A stretch of DNA of 64,000 nt, from contig CM120643.1 of assembly GCA_051362555.1 (NCBI GenBank), forward strand, positions 7,006,001 through 7,070,000. Direction: 5' to 3'. The DNA is from Lingula anatina (lineage: Eukaryota > Animalia > Brachiopoda). Shown here piece by piece: positions 28,801 to 40,444 of this stretch. The notes below the pieces were generated by a model. That model did not search any database. It was not told where the DNA came from and saw only the letters and a program-made list of their open reading frames with translations. Position 1 is the stretch's first letter. Every line of letters begins with the position of its first letter. The position numbers were made by a program, and so were the translations under genes.

Positions 28801-29018
28801 TTTAATTTTAATTGAATATGTCTTTGACTATGTAAAATAATGTAATAAATCTTTGTTGTGCACAGACATGGAATGTTTAATTTGTGTTCCATTTTTTCCT
28901 TCAGTTGATGTCAAAGACACAACAACTATGACAGAGGACGTGAAGGAGAGAGGTTAGACAGCAGGGTCAATAGAATAGGGATCTATTTATTACACTGATG
29001 ACGTGATTGTACATGCAT

Positions 29019-29059
<41 letters not shown>

Positions 29060-29972
29060 GGTACTGTACTTGCATGCATGTTGCACAAGCAAAGTTTGGC
29101 CTTTGACAGATTTAAGAAGATACTTTATCTTCTGAAAATTGATGTTTTTGTTGTGTACAGATTGAACACACATAATGTTGATGTGAAAATTCAATTTAAT
29201 TCTGATCTTTCAGTTGATACCAAACTGAAAGACAAGAACAATGTAACACCTGTAAACCCACTAAGTATGGAGGAGATGGGTAAGAGAGGAATCTCAGTAA
29301 AATAGTTATGACTTTTAATATACTTATGAAACATGCATGCACACACACACATACACTAACAAACACACACACATACATACACTAACAAACACACACACAC
29401 ACATACACACCACAAGCATGTTGCTCAAGCAGCCTTTAGCATACTTAAGAAGATAATTGATTTTAAGTCATTTAAATATTTGAATGTGTCTTCCATAAAT
29501 TGTAATACTGAATCCTATCTGAACATGCACAGATATGGAATGTTAAGTTTTTATTTGATATCATTTTTCCTTTAGCCAATATCAAAGACACAAAGATTGT
29601 GTCAGATGCTGAGGGCATCAAAGAAAAAGGTAAGGCAATAAGCTTAGGACAATTTAATGGGAATTCATTTAACACACTTAAAAATGTAAACACACACAGA
29701 TGGACTTTAGGGGGAGACTCTCATGCAAAAACACTGAGTTTAAATTCTCTGTTCAGTGATCTAAATCTTTGAATGAATCGATGACTTTGTTAAGTAATGT
29801 ATTGAATTCTTGTTGTGCACAGGTATGAAATGTTTCATTTGTTTTCCTGTCTTTCTTCAGTCAATATCAAAGACACAAAACCTGTGACAGTGGACGTGAA
29901 GGAGAGAGGTAAGACAGTAGGGTCAATAGAATAGGGGTCTATTTATTACACTGATGGAATGTGATTGTGCAT

Positions 29973-30013
<41 letters not shown>

Positions 30014-30236
30014 CTCTCTCTCTCTCCTTATGTTGTGCCAACACAGTTTGTGCTTTTGGCAAGTTTAAAATGATACTTGGCAATTTTGTTTATTCCAAAT
30101 ACTGGTAAAAGTGTTCATTTAAGCTTCATACACGAAATATGATATTGCATTGACTATTTATTGAACATTATATACTTATATATTCTTAGTAAGGAATATT
30201 GTATTATACATTTCAGCTCCAAAGAATCGCCGCTAA
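25803..30236 (+). pseudogene. Multi-exon CBM20 (starch/glycogen-binding domain) gene with short repeat exons; frameshift and two broken splice sites
   Basis: Hand-spliced exons 25784-25820 (ATG 25803), 26139-26187, 26860-27040, 27332-27458, 27699-27737, [27837-27887], 28025-28084, [28316-28369], 28905-28952, 29214-29279, 29576-29629, 29861-29908, 30217-stop 30236. Motifs VVGRGTALGGWDPQRGVNL, LPKGSNMVWKFI, WEPEPFRNRRLQV..VTCTWG fit the CBM20 pattern. Phases are compatible except for a one-base frame offset inside the 26860-27040 exon. Confidence 0.7.
26367..26765. mobile_element. Kolobok-like MITE copy in a CBM20 gene intron, with (ATATA)n expansion
   Basis: Homologous to 53940-54286 and 48636-48906 (ttatagctattattctgatatctgagcttg core). 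Confidence 0.7.
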
Positions 30237-30977
30237 TCTAGGTGGAGGAGGCTATTGAATCTGTTCACGTCTTGCTTCAGACGCAGGCCAAGGACATAAA
30301 TAGTTATTATTATTATTATTGTTTTTGTTGTTGTTGTTGTTGTTGTTGTTGTTATTATTATTATTAATTAAATTCTTAACTCCTCAGACATTAAGAAATG
30401 AAGAAAAGTCAACAGTATTTTTAAAAGAATACATTTATTATACATTTACAGAGAAGTTCTTTTTGTTTGTCTCTTTGTTTTGATGGTATCATAACTAAGT
30501 AAGCTTTCAGTTTTTTAGAGGAAAATTATGTCAAACAGCTGGTAAAACTGTACATTAAAGCAGTAATTATATGATAGCAGCCAGGAGCTGGTGGTTTTAG
30601 AGTTACTGTCAACATCTATTTACACCTAAATGAATACACATTTTAACTGAATTACATTGTAATATTTTCATCTTTTATTTTTCAGGGTCGTCAGTGCAGA
30701 ACTATCATTGCCTCTGAAGAAGCCAGTTAAAAACTGCAAAATGTCATTCTCTTAATTTTATGATAATATATTAATTTTTTGTAATCAAATGAGTTTTGTT
30801 TTTCTTTCTTTTCTTAATTGAGGGTACCATTAGGGAGGGGTGATCATAGTTCATGGGAAAGAAAATCATTAATTTACAAATCACAGGAAACAAAACTTTA
30901 TGCATATAACACTGACAATACCAGTTGAAAATCCTGAAAATTATCTGAGAATTGAATCCTGCAAATCCTGAGAATTG

Positions 30978-31113
30978 CTACCCTCTACCAGGGCGACAGA
31001 TTGATTTTCCACAGATATTCACAGATATGTCTCTAGATAAATATAGACAGTCATTTTGGCTGTCAGTCAGCAAAAAAAGTCCACAATAATAACTGCGGCC
31101 CTGGTAGCGGGTA
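30978..31113. mobile_element. Short palindromic MITE (second copy 54811-54940)
   Basis: TIR TACCCTCTACCAGGGC / GCCCTGGTAGCGGGTA; same termini at 54811-54940. Confidence 0.6.
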
Positions 31114-32804
31114 ACGAATTGCCGTGTATAAGGCTTTGTTTCACGAAGGACAAAGAATAAAAAGCCGCATTTACGAGCCACGGGAATGAGGTGCTTCACA
31201 GATCACGCTAAATAATATGGACATTTCACGGCTCAATTACTGACAACTTCAGTTTTGCATTAATATTCCATTATGTTCATGTTTATATACAATAGATATA
31301 TAGTTCAAACTCCTAGGAATTCGCATTAAAAGTGAACTATTGCTTTAGACGACAACTGCTTTCTAGATCACTTGCAACTTTTACAGATAATGAGCCCGTT
31401 TTAATTAACTTTTATACGTGTAATATTGAGAGTATTCATGTTGATTCACCGTATAGATATTGATAAAAATAGGAGTATATATATATTGATGAACCTTGAA
31501 AGATCTACATTATAGTTGTTAAATGCAATCCGAGCTTCAATATATATACTTCTATATTGAGAGTACTGTATTTAACATTTAATACATCTGGTGGCTACAG
31601 TGGAGGAACGGGGGAAACACCCCAACGTTATTAACATTGCCAGTAAAATAATTGGAAGAGATCTCCCCCAACTGGATGGTATCACTAAAGACAGAATGGA
31701 GAAAACAACAAAATGAATTATTGGGATCCCACCCACCCAGAAAGTTCTCTTTTTAAATTTTTATCCAGCAACAGTAGACTTCTGAGGGCCGTAAGCGGTT
31801 TGAAGTAGTTTTTTGTCTCTCTTTAATTCCACTTTTAGGCCTAGTTCATAATTTTTTATTGTCCAGTGTTTTATCTTAGTTTTATCTCTCAAAGGATAAC
31901 AATTGCTGATATTTATATTAAAATATTTTTATTGGCTGAATAAATTCTTACTTTATCGTATCTTACTTGCACTATTGCTATAGCCATGTTACATGTATTA
32001 TCATAAAAAAGTACTGTAAATAGCGGCAACAAGTTCTTTTTTAACACAATTCCTTTTTTGTCATTTTCAAAATGATTAAAGGGTTTTAAATCTTTTACAA
32101 CACCCTGCTGAGGTACGATTTTTTTATCTCTTTTACACACAGTACGCTATAAAATGTGCTCGAAGTGGCTACATCTCTTTACTTTACGTTTATCATCCCA
32201 AAAACGTTGCCAACGCTCTCAATTCAGGTCTATCCCTTAAAGTAAAATGTTTTATTATTTAAAATATAACATGAGTAAAACCATAACGCTATATTATAAT
32301 CGAAATTCCACCCCCCCCCCCCCCCCTCAATACGCCCCCTTTCTACTGCCCTGGTACCATACAAACTCAGCGTGTGTGGGAGTGCGAGTAGATCAAGTTC
32401 ACGGATAGGATATGCCATGTAAGGGGAGATAGGTTATGTCCTTTTGCGTTTCTTTATTCTGTCAATTTTGAGAAGAAATATCAGTGTCTTGTACTACACT
32501 TAGTCAATATAAATTTTAAAAGGGTCAATTTTCCTTCTTCTATCACGTAATTCGTCAGATGTAATTAAATACAATAAATTCCTACAAAACCCTTACCCCC
32601 TCTTGTGAATGCAATGTGTCGTCAGCGTCTGCTACATCGCTGGATGCTTCGCGCTTCCCGGGAGCTGAACAGTTAACGCGGTCTAAATAATTTTAGGGAG
32701 AGTCAGATGAAATAGAGAGGGACCTTGGCATCTATAAAGTTCTACATGGTGAATCTGGAGATATGGACTAGTTTTACTCTTTTCTGTAAAATTTTGCAAC
32801 ATAC

Positions 32805-33190
32805 TGTACTGGGTTCTTTAATATACCACCGGGTATAAAATTACTTCTAAGGGCTCTAACGCAAACGTGAAGTTCCAAGGTTCGGTACACGATTCCCGAC
32901 TTGAGTTATGCTCAGAGAGAATATCAACGCAACACCACTGTTTCGTTACAAAATCACAAACTGAATTTTATTTGGCTTCGTAGCCTTCTTTATACTTAAA
33001 ACCGGCGTGCCAGACCTTTAAGTTTACGAGTTTAAAGATAAGAAGAGCGTCTAAAGATAAGAGTGATTACTGCGATAGGGTAGAGGGAAAGAGCGTCTAA
33101 AGATAAGAGTAATTACTATAAACTAATTGAGCCGCGTGCACATGCCCGCGACTCTGATCAAAGGAAATTTAAAATATACTGGTCTGAACA
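32805..33190 (-). repeat. 3' LTR (386 bp)
   Basis: No mismatch to 40445-40830 found on base-by-base reading; internal direct repeat aagagcgtctaaagataagagtRattact. Confidence 0.98.
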
Positions 33191-33204
33191 CGCCTTCCGT
33201 TTTT
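33191..33204 (-). other. Polypurine tract
   Basis: Minus strand AAAAACGGAAGGCG immediately precedes TGTTCAG of the 3' LTR. Confidence 0.75.
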
Positions 33205-33393
33205 ACCAGAAAAAAAAAACACATTTTTTTTTTCATTAATTACGTTAAAGACATTCATTCTGGATAGTATTTACAATATATATACATGACGAATCGGCCC
33301 GGGGGAAAACCAGAGATAAAACCCTTTGATTTATGTCTTTGAATAAAGGGAAAAAAAATAACTCTGGAAACCGGGCAATTGACGTTTTATAAT

Positions 33394-33654
33394 TTAAAGT
33401 CTTTGAAGATTGATATTAGAGTCTTTCAATCGTCGGTAAACGGCAGGGTGAAGTTCGAATAATTTCCTCATCGGAGGGTCCACCATAACTTTTGCTGTGG
33501 GGTCACACTTATTTCCGGGATGCAGGGCTGATGGGTCAAATGGATCGAAGCGCTTTCGTTTTACCGGCGGAACGTTAGCGAGGCGAAGTGCAGTGGACAT
33601 CGGCGATGATGGATTTCGGGTGGAACGGTCGCTGTTGGCGGAGTCTACCATCAT
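33394..33654 (-). CDS. Candidate accessory ORF downstream of env (86 aa, basic/Pro-rich)
   Basis: ATG-initiated ORF in a GC-richer island between AT-rich flanks; PVKRKR NLS-like motif; no recognisable domain. Confidence 0.35.
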   Translation of the reverse strand: MMVDSANSDRSTRNPSSPMSTALRLANVPPVKRKRFDPFDPSALHPGNKCDPTAKVMVDPPMRKLFELHPAVYRRLKDSNINLQRL

Positions 33655-33812
33655 CGAGTTTACGGGTCAAAAGTATGGCTACCGTAGGCCCAGGGTCATA
33701 ATCTGAAAAATTCAAAAGTAAAAACGCTCCCCACACCGGGAAATTATCCCTGAAAAATAATCTATACTAAGATATTGTTATAAAATTCATTATAATTGAG
33801 CTCGCCATTAAT

Positions 33813-35855
33813 TTATTTTATTTCGTTGTACATCAACATCCCATCTCGCTGTGGGGTGTACAACGCCTGAAGTGGGCTTGGTCCAGAGTTTGCGGTCATT
33901 TTGTTCCTAGGGATAAATTGAATTTCATTAGGTGCCGAGTCCTTAATTAGGGTGGCAGATTCCGGTTCTGTTTCTATGGTAATTGGTCTCGGCTTCGATC
34001 TTCCCTGAAATTTCTTCAAACATTTAGTTAGCCACCATTTCCGTATAATTATGATAACTATTCCAATGACAATCACAATTAAAGCAAAAGTGCCCAAATA
34101 ACCCCACACATTACTAGAATCTGGTATAAAATCTTCCCAAAGGCTTTTGTCATTCCACGTAATTTGTTTTAAAGGGACGGTCGATTGGAGGGCTAGGTCT
34201 TTCTGATTTAAGTTTTTCAACAGTTTGAGAGCGTCGTTTTCGCGTATCGTATCGGTTAAATTTAATCCTTTAGAGAAATTTAATTGAATAGGGTGGATTT
34301 CGATTTTCCCAATTTGGTGAACTACGCCGGGTAAAATATAATTATCCCCCTGAATTTCGCATCCGTTTTCTACATTTAATAAATAAGTTCCGGGTCGAAT
34401 TTTCACAGAATGTTCTACCGTATTGTCGCATCTCGTGTACAAAGTCTCCCCCCAAGTAACAATAACATATTGTCCCGGTTTAATTTCTTTGGCAAAGCCT
34501 TTGTCTAAACTTTTGGAGATTTTAATTTCACATGCTTCCCTATGTTTTTCATCCCCTGCGATTATTGCCCGTTCGCATTTTTGACCAGTTTTATAAAGGG
34601 GTCCGGAACTACAAACCACAGGATTTTCGCCTGCACAATTTTGAGGAAAAAATATTTGTCCCGTTTTTGGAAATAAACCTATCATTTCATGGTCCAATTG
34701 GACATGTGCCGAAAGTCCGCTTGAATTGTAGGGGACGGGGAAAGTCAAAACGTTATGAAGCCAATACTGTACGCTACTCACGAGGGGTAATTCCACCTTA
34801 TAAATTAGGGTATCGACATCGTGAATGGGAGATACTGGCATGTAACGGTAATACCAGGTGAGATCTACCATGGGTTTTAATTGTTTCCCCCGTACTGCAA
34901 CGGTAACAATCTCGCGAAGCTTCCTCGGTGGAAGTAATAATTCGGTTAATCTCCCTAATTCTAACGACATTCTTTGCCTGTTGTATCGGTCCAAAAGCAA
35001 AATTTGGTGATCGATTAATTTTTCAAAATTGCTTACCGCTCGCTCTACGTTAAATGAGACCATTAATTTCGTTAGACTTTCTTGTGTGTTATTTAAATTT
35101 CGAATTAAACCATTTATCCTGTTAAAAACGCTTTCTTTTAAGTAATGTTGGATGGCGTTTATGTGTCGTATGTTCGTGTTCATGGTGTTTACCGTTTTAT
35201 TTACCACTGAAGCCAAAAATTCTACCCTGTGAGCGATTTCTCGATTTTCTTTCCTTGTCTGTGTAACCAATTTTCTACACTGTTCTACCGATTTGTCCGT
35301 ACTGATACCGAATAAGTAGCTGCTAGCTTCACCGATGAAGTCGAAGAGCCCGCGTTTAGATCGAAACGTCTGGCCAGACCCATTTCGATCCACCTTACTG
35401 GGGGTGTCCGCCACCCAGCCATGCAAGGCTGTCTGCGAGTCCTCTAATTCATAGAAAAGGTGCAAACTACCTATCAGTCTCTTTTTCCATTGTTCTTTTG
35501 CCGCGGTGTTTATGTACCGGCCTCTGTGTGCCCAATTTATTTCCGTTATGATGTCTGTGAATTTAGCCGTAACATTATTTCTGTTTAAACGCGGTTTATC
35601 GATAGTAACTAAAACTGTCCATACAGCTTTAGTTATTTGTAACTGCTGCCTCTGAGTAATTAAAACTCCATCAGGTAGCTGATTTAATTCGGCCTGTGCC
35701 ATTCTAAACATTAAAAGAACCACTAACACCTTTAAAGCGCGCGCGAGGTGATAGGCGTTCGATTTAAAGTTTACATTTCCATTGGCTCGTGGACTACGTC
35801 CGGGCAGTCCGTTTTTCGCGTTTTTATCGGCAGGGATAAATGTTGTTCGCGACAT
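33813..35855 (-). CDS. env: Envelope class I fusion glycoprotein (baculovirus F / errantivirus Env-like), 680 aa
   Basis: Signal-like LKVLVVLLMFRMAQA; furin site RSKR (35352-35363) followed by fusion peptide GLFDFIGEASSYLFG; heptad region; Cys-rich ectodomain; several NxS/T sites; TM WGYLGTFALIVIVIGIVIIII then RKWW; tail ends YNEIK. Confidence 0.93.
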   Translation of the reverse strand: MSRTTFIPADKNAKNGLPGRSPRANGNVNFKSNAYHLARALKVLVVLLMFRMAQAELNQLPDGVLITQRQQLQITKAVWTVLVTIDKPRLNRNNVTAKFTDIITEINWAHRGRYINTAAKEQWKKRLIGSLHLFYELEDSQTALHGWVADTPSKVDRNGSGQTFRSKRGLFDFIGEASSYLFGISTDKSVEQCRKLVTQTRKENREIAHRVEFLASVVNKTVNTMNTNIRHINAIQHYLKESVFNRINGLIRNLNNTQESLTKLMVSFNVERAVSNFEKLIDHQILLLDRYNRQRMSLELGRLTELLLPPRKLREIVTVAVRGKQLKPMVDLTWYYRYMPVSPIHDVDTLIYKVELPLVSSVQYWLHNVLTFPVPYNSSGLSAHVQLDHEMIGLFPKTGQIFFPQNCAGENPVVCSSGPLYKTGQKCERAIIAGDEKHREACEIKISKSLDKGFAKEIKPGQYVIVTWGETLYTRCDNTVEHSVKIRPGTYLLNVENGCEIQGDNYILPGVVHQIGKIEIHPIQLNFSKGLNLTDTIRENDALKLLKNLNQKDLALQSTVPLKQITWNDKSLWEDFIPDSSNVWGYLGTFALIVIVIGIVIIIIRKWWLTKCLKKFQGRSKPRPITIETEPESATLIKDSAPNEIQFIPRNKMTANSGPSPLQALYTPQRDGMLMYNEIK

Positions 35856-38800
35856 CGTCGTTTAAACCGAGTGTTGTGTGAGTGAGTAGGTGTTTCGCGA
35901 AGCGTCCGCGTGTGATGTACACCAATTTCGTTATCGTCACTCTCTGTGTCGGAATGTTCAACGTCCTGATCAGTCGGCACTTGCTCAACTGAATTACTAA
36001 CCTGAGTGGAGACTGGGTTTTCGATCGGCTGAGCGTCCTCGGGTTCCCCAGGGGCTTCGGTGTTGACTGGGTCCTGTACCAGTTGCAACTGACCCACGGC
36101 TGGGACTACTCTCCGTTTATAAACCCGTTTGGCTCTTGGGGCCACGTCGTCCCAAGGCAGTCCCCTATCTACCAGTTTTAATCTCCGACGATTAACCACA
36201 CGCGTTTTCCCTGTTTCTTGATGAGATAACCAAAATGCGTTGCCTCGCGATCTGATTACCGTGTAAACGGGATCGTATCTTGATCCGAACGTGACGCTGT
36301 CTGGAGCTCGAACAATGACGCTATCTCCGACATCTATATGGCCCGCGTTTGCCTTTGCATCATACCGCCTTTTATTTTCCAATCGCGATGCTTGGAGATT
36401 GTCTCTCGCGGCTGTTAACGCGTCCGATAAGTCACTCAAACGCCCCTTTAATGGGTCTGTTTGAGCATTCACGTTTAGCACCTTCGATAAGGGCATTCGA
36501 GGATGGCGGCCATAAACTAGAAAGAAAGGAGAATAATTTGTGGCTGTTGATACGCTTGTCCGATAAGCCAACAAAGCATTTCCGATCGCCGCTTCCCAAT
36601 TCTTTGTGTCGTTGTTCACTAAACGCGCAATCAGGTGTTTGATTGTTTTATTGAAGATTTCCGCGCGCCCGTTGGATTGGGGATTAAACGGAGCTGTTCT
36701 TCTTTGCTCAATACCTACACCGGATAGGTACGCCATGAATTCATGTGCGCTAAATTCGCTACCGCGGTCAGATATTATAATTTCGGGAAATCCGTGAGTA
36801 GGGAAGTATTGGGTAGCTAACGCTGTTTCTACTGCACAAGCAGTTTTATTTTCAATTGGATAGCATTCGGCCCACCCAGACAAATGATCTACAACTGTTA
36901 AACAGTATTTATTCCCCTTTGGTGATGTTACAAATGGACCAATGAGATCCATCCCTACTATTTGAAAAGGGTAGGCTGGCATAGGCATTTCACCTAGCCT
37001 CGGCCTGTCTGGTTTGCTTTTATGTACTAAACATGTGGGGCATCGTTTTATCCAGCGCGTCACTTCCTTTTTCATCCCTTTCCACACATACGCCTCCTTA
37101 ATTCGAGCCATTGTTTTGAAAATTCCCGCATGACCCACGTTTTTGTGACAATTCGAAATTACCTGATCTCGAAATCGCGAAGGTAATAATAAACGCGGAT
37201 AGTCTGGCTCATATTGAGACGGGGCGCGTGTTGAATATAGTAAGCCTTTAAAGACTTCGTAATCTGATTCCTCATCTTTAGCCTCGTCGATTTCCGCGGG
37301 AAATTCCTTCCTTTGCTCGGCTTGAAGATCCTCGATGATCAACCCGTCGGCTTCTATCGGAATGTTAATTGCGGGGTCATTGTCACTAAAAGCCCTTACG
37401 TCAATCCATTCTTGAGTGTCGATTACCGCGACCTGATCTGCATCGGGCAAAATTTCGTGTGGTAATCTACTCAGATAATCCGCGCAAGTGTTCTTTGTCC
37501 CTTTGATATATTCTATTTTCGCGCTGTATTCTGATAAAATCGCACACCAACGCTGTAATCTGCTGTTTTGTACTCGCGATGAGAACATAGATTTGAGCGG
37601 TTTGTGATCAGTATAAATCGTGAAATCTGCACCAAAAAGATAAGGTCGTAGTTTGTTCACCGTGTACATAATTGCATATGCTTCTTTTTCAATTGTTGAA
37701 TAATTTTTCTGCGGTGGGGTAAATTTATGACTGACGTATTGTACAGCCCTATCGCGACCTTTGTCATCTGTCTGCACTAAAACCGCGCCTAGTGCATTGT
37801 CACTCGCGTCTGTGTACAATTTGTAAGGTTTATCAGGCTGCGGGTGAGCCATTACCTTGTTTGATACCAAAAGTTCTTTCAAACGATCAAAACTCCGTTG
37901 GTGTTCGGGCCTCCATTCAAATTTCACGTGTTTCTTTGTCAAATTATGCAAAGGGGCTGCTATTCGCGCAAAATCTGGGATTGTTCGCGCATAGTAATTA
38001 ACCATGCCCAGAAACGATCTCACGTCTTTCGCTCTCTTAGGAGTTGGCAAGTTTTGAATGGGTTTGATTTTATCAGGGTTGCTACGGATTCCGTCTTTGT
38101 TTACCACGTAACCCAGAAGGTGTACCTCGTCTTTGGCCCATTCACACTTTGAGGGTTTTATCTTCAGATCGGCTTTGCGGAACCGGTCGAAGACTTCGCG
38201 CAGGTGTTGTAAATGTTCGCTAAGGCTGTTTGAATACACAACGATATCATCGATGTACGCGAACGCGCATTTGCCTATTAATCCCGATAAAACGGTATCT
38301 AGTACCTTCTGAAAATGCGGAGGTCCGTTTTTTACCCCAAAAGGCACACGTTTATACTCAAATAATCCGCGATGACAAATAAATGCTGTTTTATGAATGT
38401 CTTCGTCGGCGATTGTGAGTTGTGTGAAACCACTTTTCAAATCTAAGACCGAGTAAATTTTCGCGTTACCCAAGTTTTCAAAGATGTCATTTATCAAGGG
38501 TAAAGGGTAGCGGTACTGTTTTGTTCGTTCGTTTAATTTTCTGTAATCCACGCAAAATCTTACAGAATTGTCCGCTTTTGGCACAATGAGGCAGGGTGAA
38601 CTCCACTGACTTTGACTGGGTCGTATTATGTCATTATCAAGGAGGAATTGAATCTCTTTGTCGATAACATCGCGCTTTGTTAGAGGTGTCCGATACGCGT
38701 GCTGTTGCACTGGTTCGTTATCGCCCGTGTCTATAATCATCGGGATTATATCACACTTACCTAAGGGATTCTTATCAGTGCTGAAAACGTCGCGGTATTC

Positions 38801-39267
38801 CTCGATTAATTTATCTATTTCCGCGTTCCCGGACGGCGGCGGCACCTCTATGATCTCAGCGACGCGATCTGGCCCATTGTATTCTTTCAATGGCCAATCT
38901 TTATTGAATAAGCGCATAATTTTTCGCGGGCAATCTACCGTTGCGTGTCCCTCGCGTAGGACATCAATGCCGATAATCATCTCGTGATTAATACCGTCGA
39001 CTACTACCACGTCGCAATACGTCGCGCCATCAATTTTGACTTTCGTTCGTCCTTTTACATCTAGCTTCTCCCCTGAGACGCTAAAAATCTCGTTTGTTTT
39101 CTCCAGCACCGTTCTTCTTCCCGTGGCTTCGCACACTTTTTTGAAAATGTCGAGGCGAAGGCAGGTACAGCATGCACCAGAATCAATCAGGGCCCTACAC
39201 CGTACTCCACTAAGACCTAAAACTACAGCTAATCTACTGATTGAGAGTGCCTCTGTACCCGCCACGT
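35771..39267 (-). CDS. pol: Pol polyprotein (protease, RT, RNase H, integrase), made as a Gag-Pol fusion by -1 frameshift
   Basis: ALIDSGA protease; FCVDYRKLN, LDLKSGF, YIDD RT; LYTDASD RNase H; HHCC plus MDLIGPF / ISDRGSEF / NGRAE integrase; Gypsy domain order. Confidence 0.97.
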
Positions 39268-39655
39268 CTAGTTTAAAGACTTCTTATTTTTTAATGTCGA
39301 CAGCTGCCGGCATTCTCTCTTTGAGTGCCCTACTTTGTTACAGTTGTAACAAATCACCGTACCGTCATTCGTCCAGCCAGAATTTCTTTTTGTAAAAGGC
39401 CGTGAATTGTCAAATTGGCGTTGTTTGGTGTGTGGCCGCGGGGAGGGAGTGTTGTATACTCGTGTTTCTATTTTCGCCATTCTTGTTTGTAATTTTTCTA
39501 AACAGTTGGCTGTTTTGTGCATTTGTTCTAGTAGGAGTGTGTTTGTGTCAACCGCAGAGATGTCCATAGGCTCTTCCCGCCTTTCCGATTGTTGCATTTG
39601 TGCTTGATGTGCCAGCACGTTTGTGTGAGGGAAAACTATTTGTTGCTGTTGCGGC

Positions 39656-39686
<31 letters not shown>

Positions 39687-40359
39687 GACCGACGATTTGA
39701 CGGTAAATTTCTCTACCGGAGTCTTCTTGTACGGCCCAGGTCTGGGCTTCTACCAACGTTCTCGGGCGACCCCTCACGAGAAGGTCTTCAGCTAGTCTCT
39801 TATCTAAAAGAGCTCTTATGTACGCGCGAAGAATGGTCCGTTCTGCGTCTTCGTTACGCGGAATTGGGTAGGCCCTGTTGCTGGCCTCCAAAAATCGCCG
39901 ATTAAAAGTAGTTATGCTCTCATAACCCGACTGCGTTATGATTTCTAGTTCCGATTTTAATTTCTCCGGCTCGTGCGGAGAGAGAAAAGACCGTTGAATA
40001 TGCTCTCTTATCGTGGGCCAGACCGTCGCATTCCTATCCGGTTGGGAATTTAAAAACCGTTCTAAATCCCTTCTCAGAGCCCCCCTCGCCGATTTGACGA
40101 CTAACCTAACTACTCCCCCCGGAATATTCCGTAACGTTTCATTCAAGACATCTATTTCATCAATGTAATTTCGTACCTCCGACAGGACATTTCCGTCACA
40201 CGGGCTCACACCCGTGGCAGCCTCGTCTATTTTACTCTGCCTAATAGTACGATGTTGCTTACCTTGCATGTCCGTGACTAATATCTCCAGCGTTTGAACC
40301 AGTCGGTGCATTTCCATTCCGGGCTGGATTGTAATTTCTTGATTGCGTCCCTCGGCCAT
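39268..40359 (-). CDS. gag: Gag (363 aa)
   Basis: Capsid-like helical region, polyQ tract, EPMD motif, CCHC knuckle CYNCNKVGHSKREC; first ORF after the PBS. Confidence 0.93.
39271..39277 (-). promoter_or_regulatory. -1 ribosomal frameshift slippery site U UUA AAC
   Basis: Gag ends TCT TTA AAC TAG; the heptamer is in X XXY YYZ phase and pol is in the -1 frame. Confidence 0.85.
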
Positions 40360-40422
40360 CGTTGATAGTGTGTGCTACGTGTTCAATTCTCCCCGAATAT
40401 AACTAAATCGTTTAGCGGAATC

Positions 40423-40440
40423 GTGTGCGAGCTTTCGCCA
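40423..40440 (-). other. Primer binding site
   Basis: TGGCGAAAGCTCGCACAC begins 4 nt after the 5' LTR; TGG matches tRNA CCA. Cognate tRNA not identified. Confidence 0.75.
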
Positions 40441-40444
40441 AATT

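Noticed and set aside
35860-35867. Second TTTAAAC just upstream of the env ATG as a pol-env frameshift site
   Set aside because: Out of phase in the pol frame (CGG TTT AAA CGA), and the -1 frame there is a TAA stop.
34532-39905. Plus-strand ORFs antisense to gag/pol/env
   Set aside because: Short shadow ORFs, mostly non-ATG starts, no motifs.
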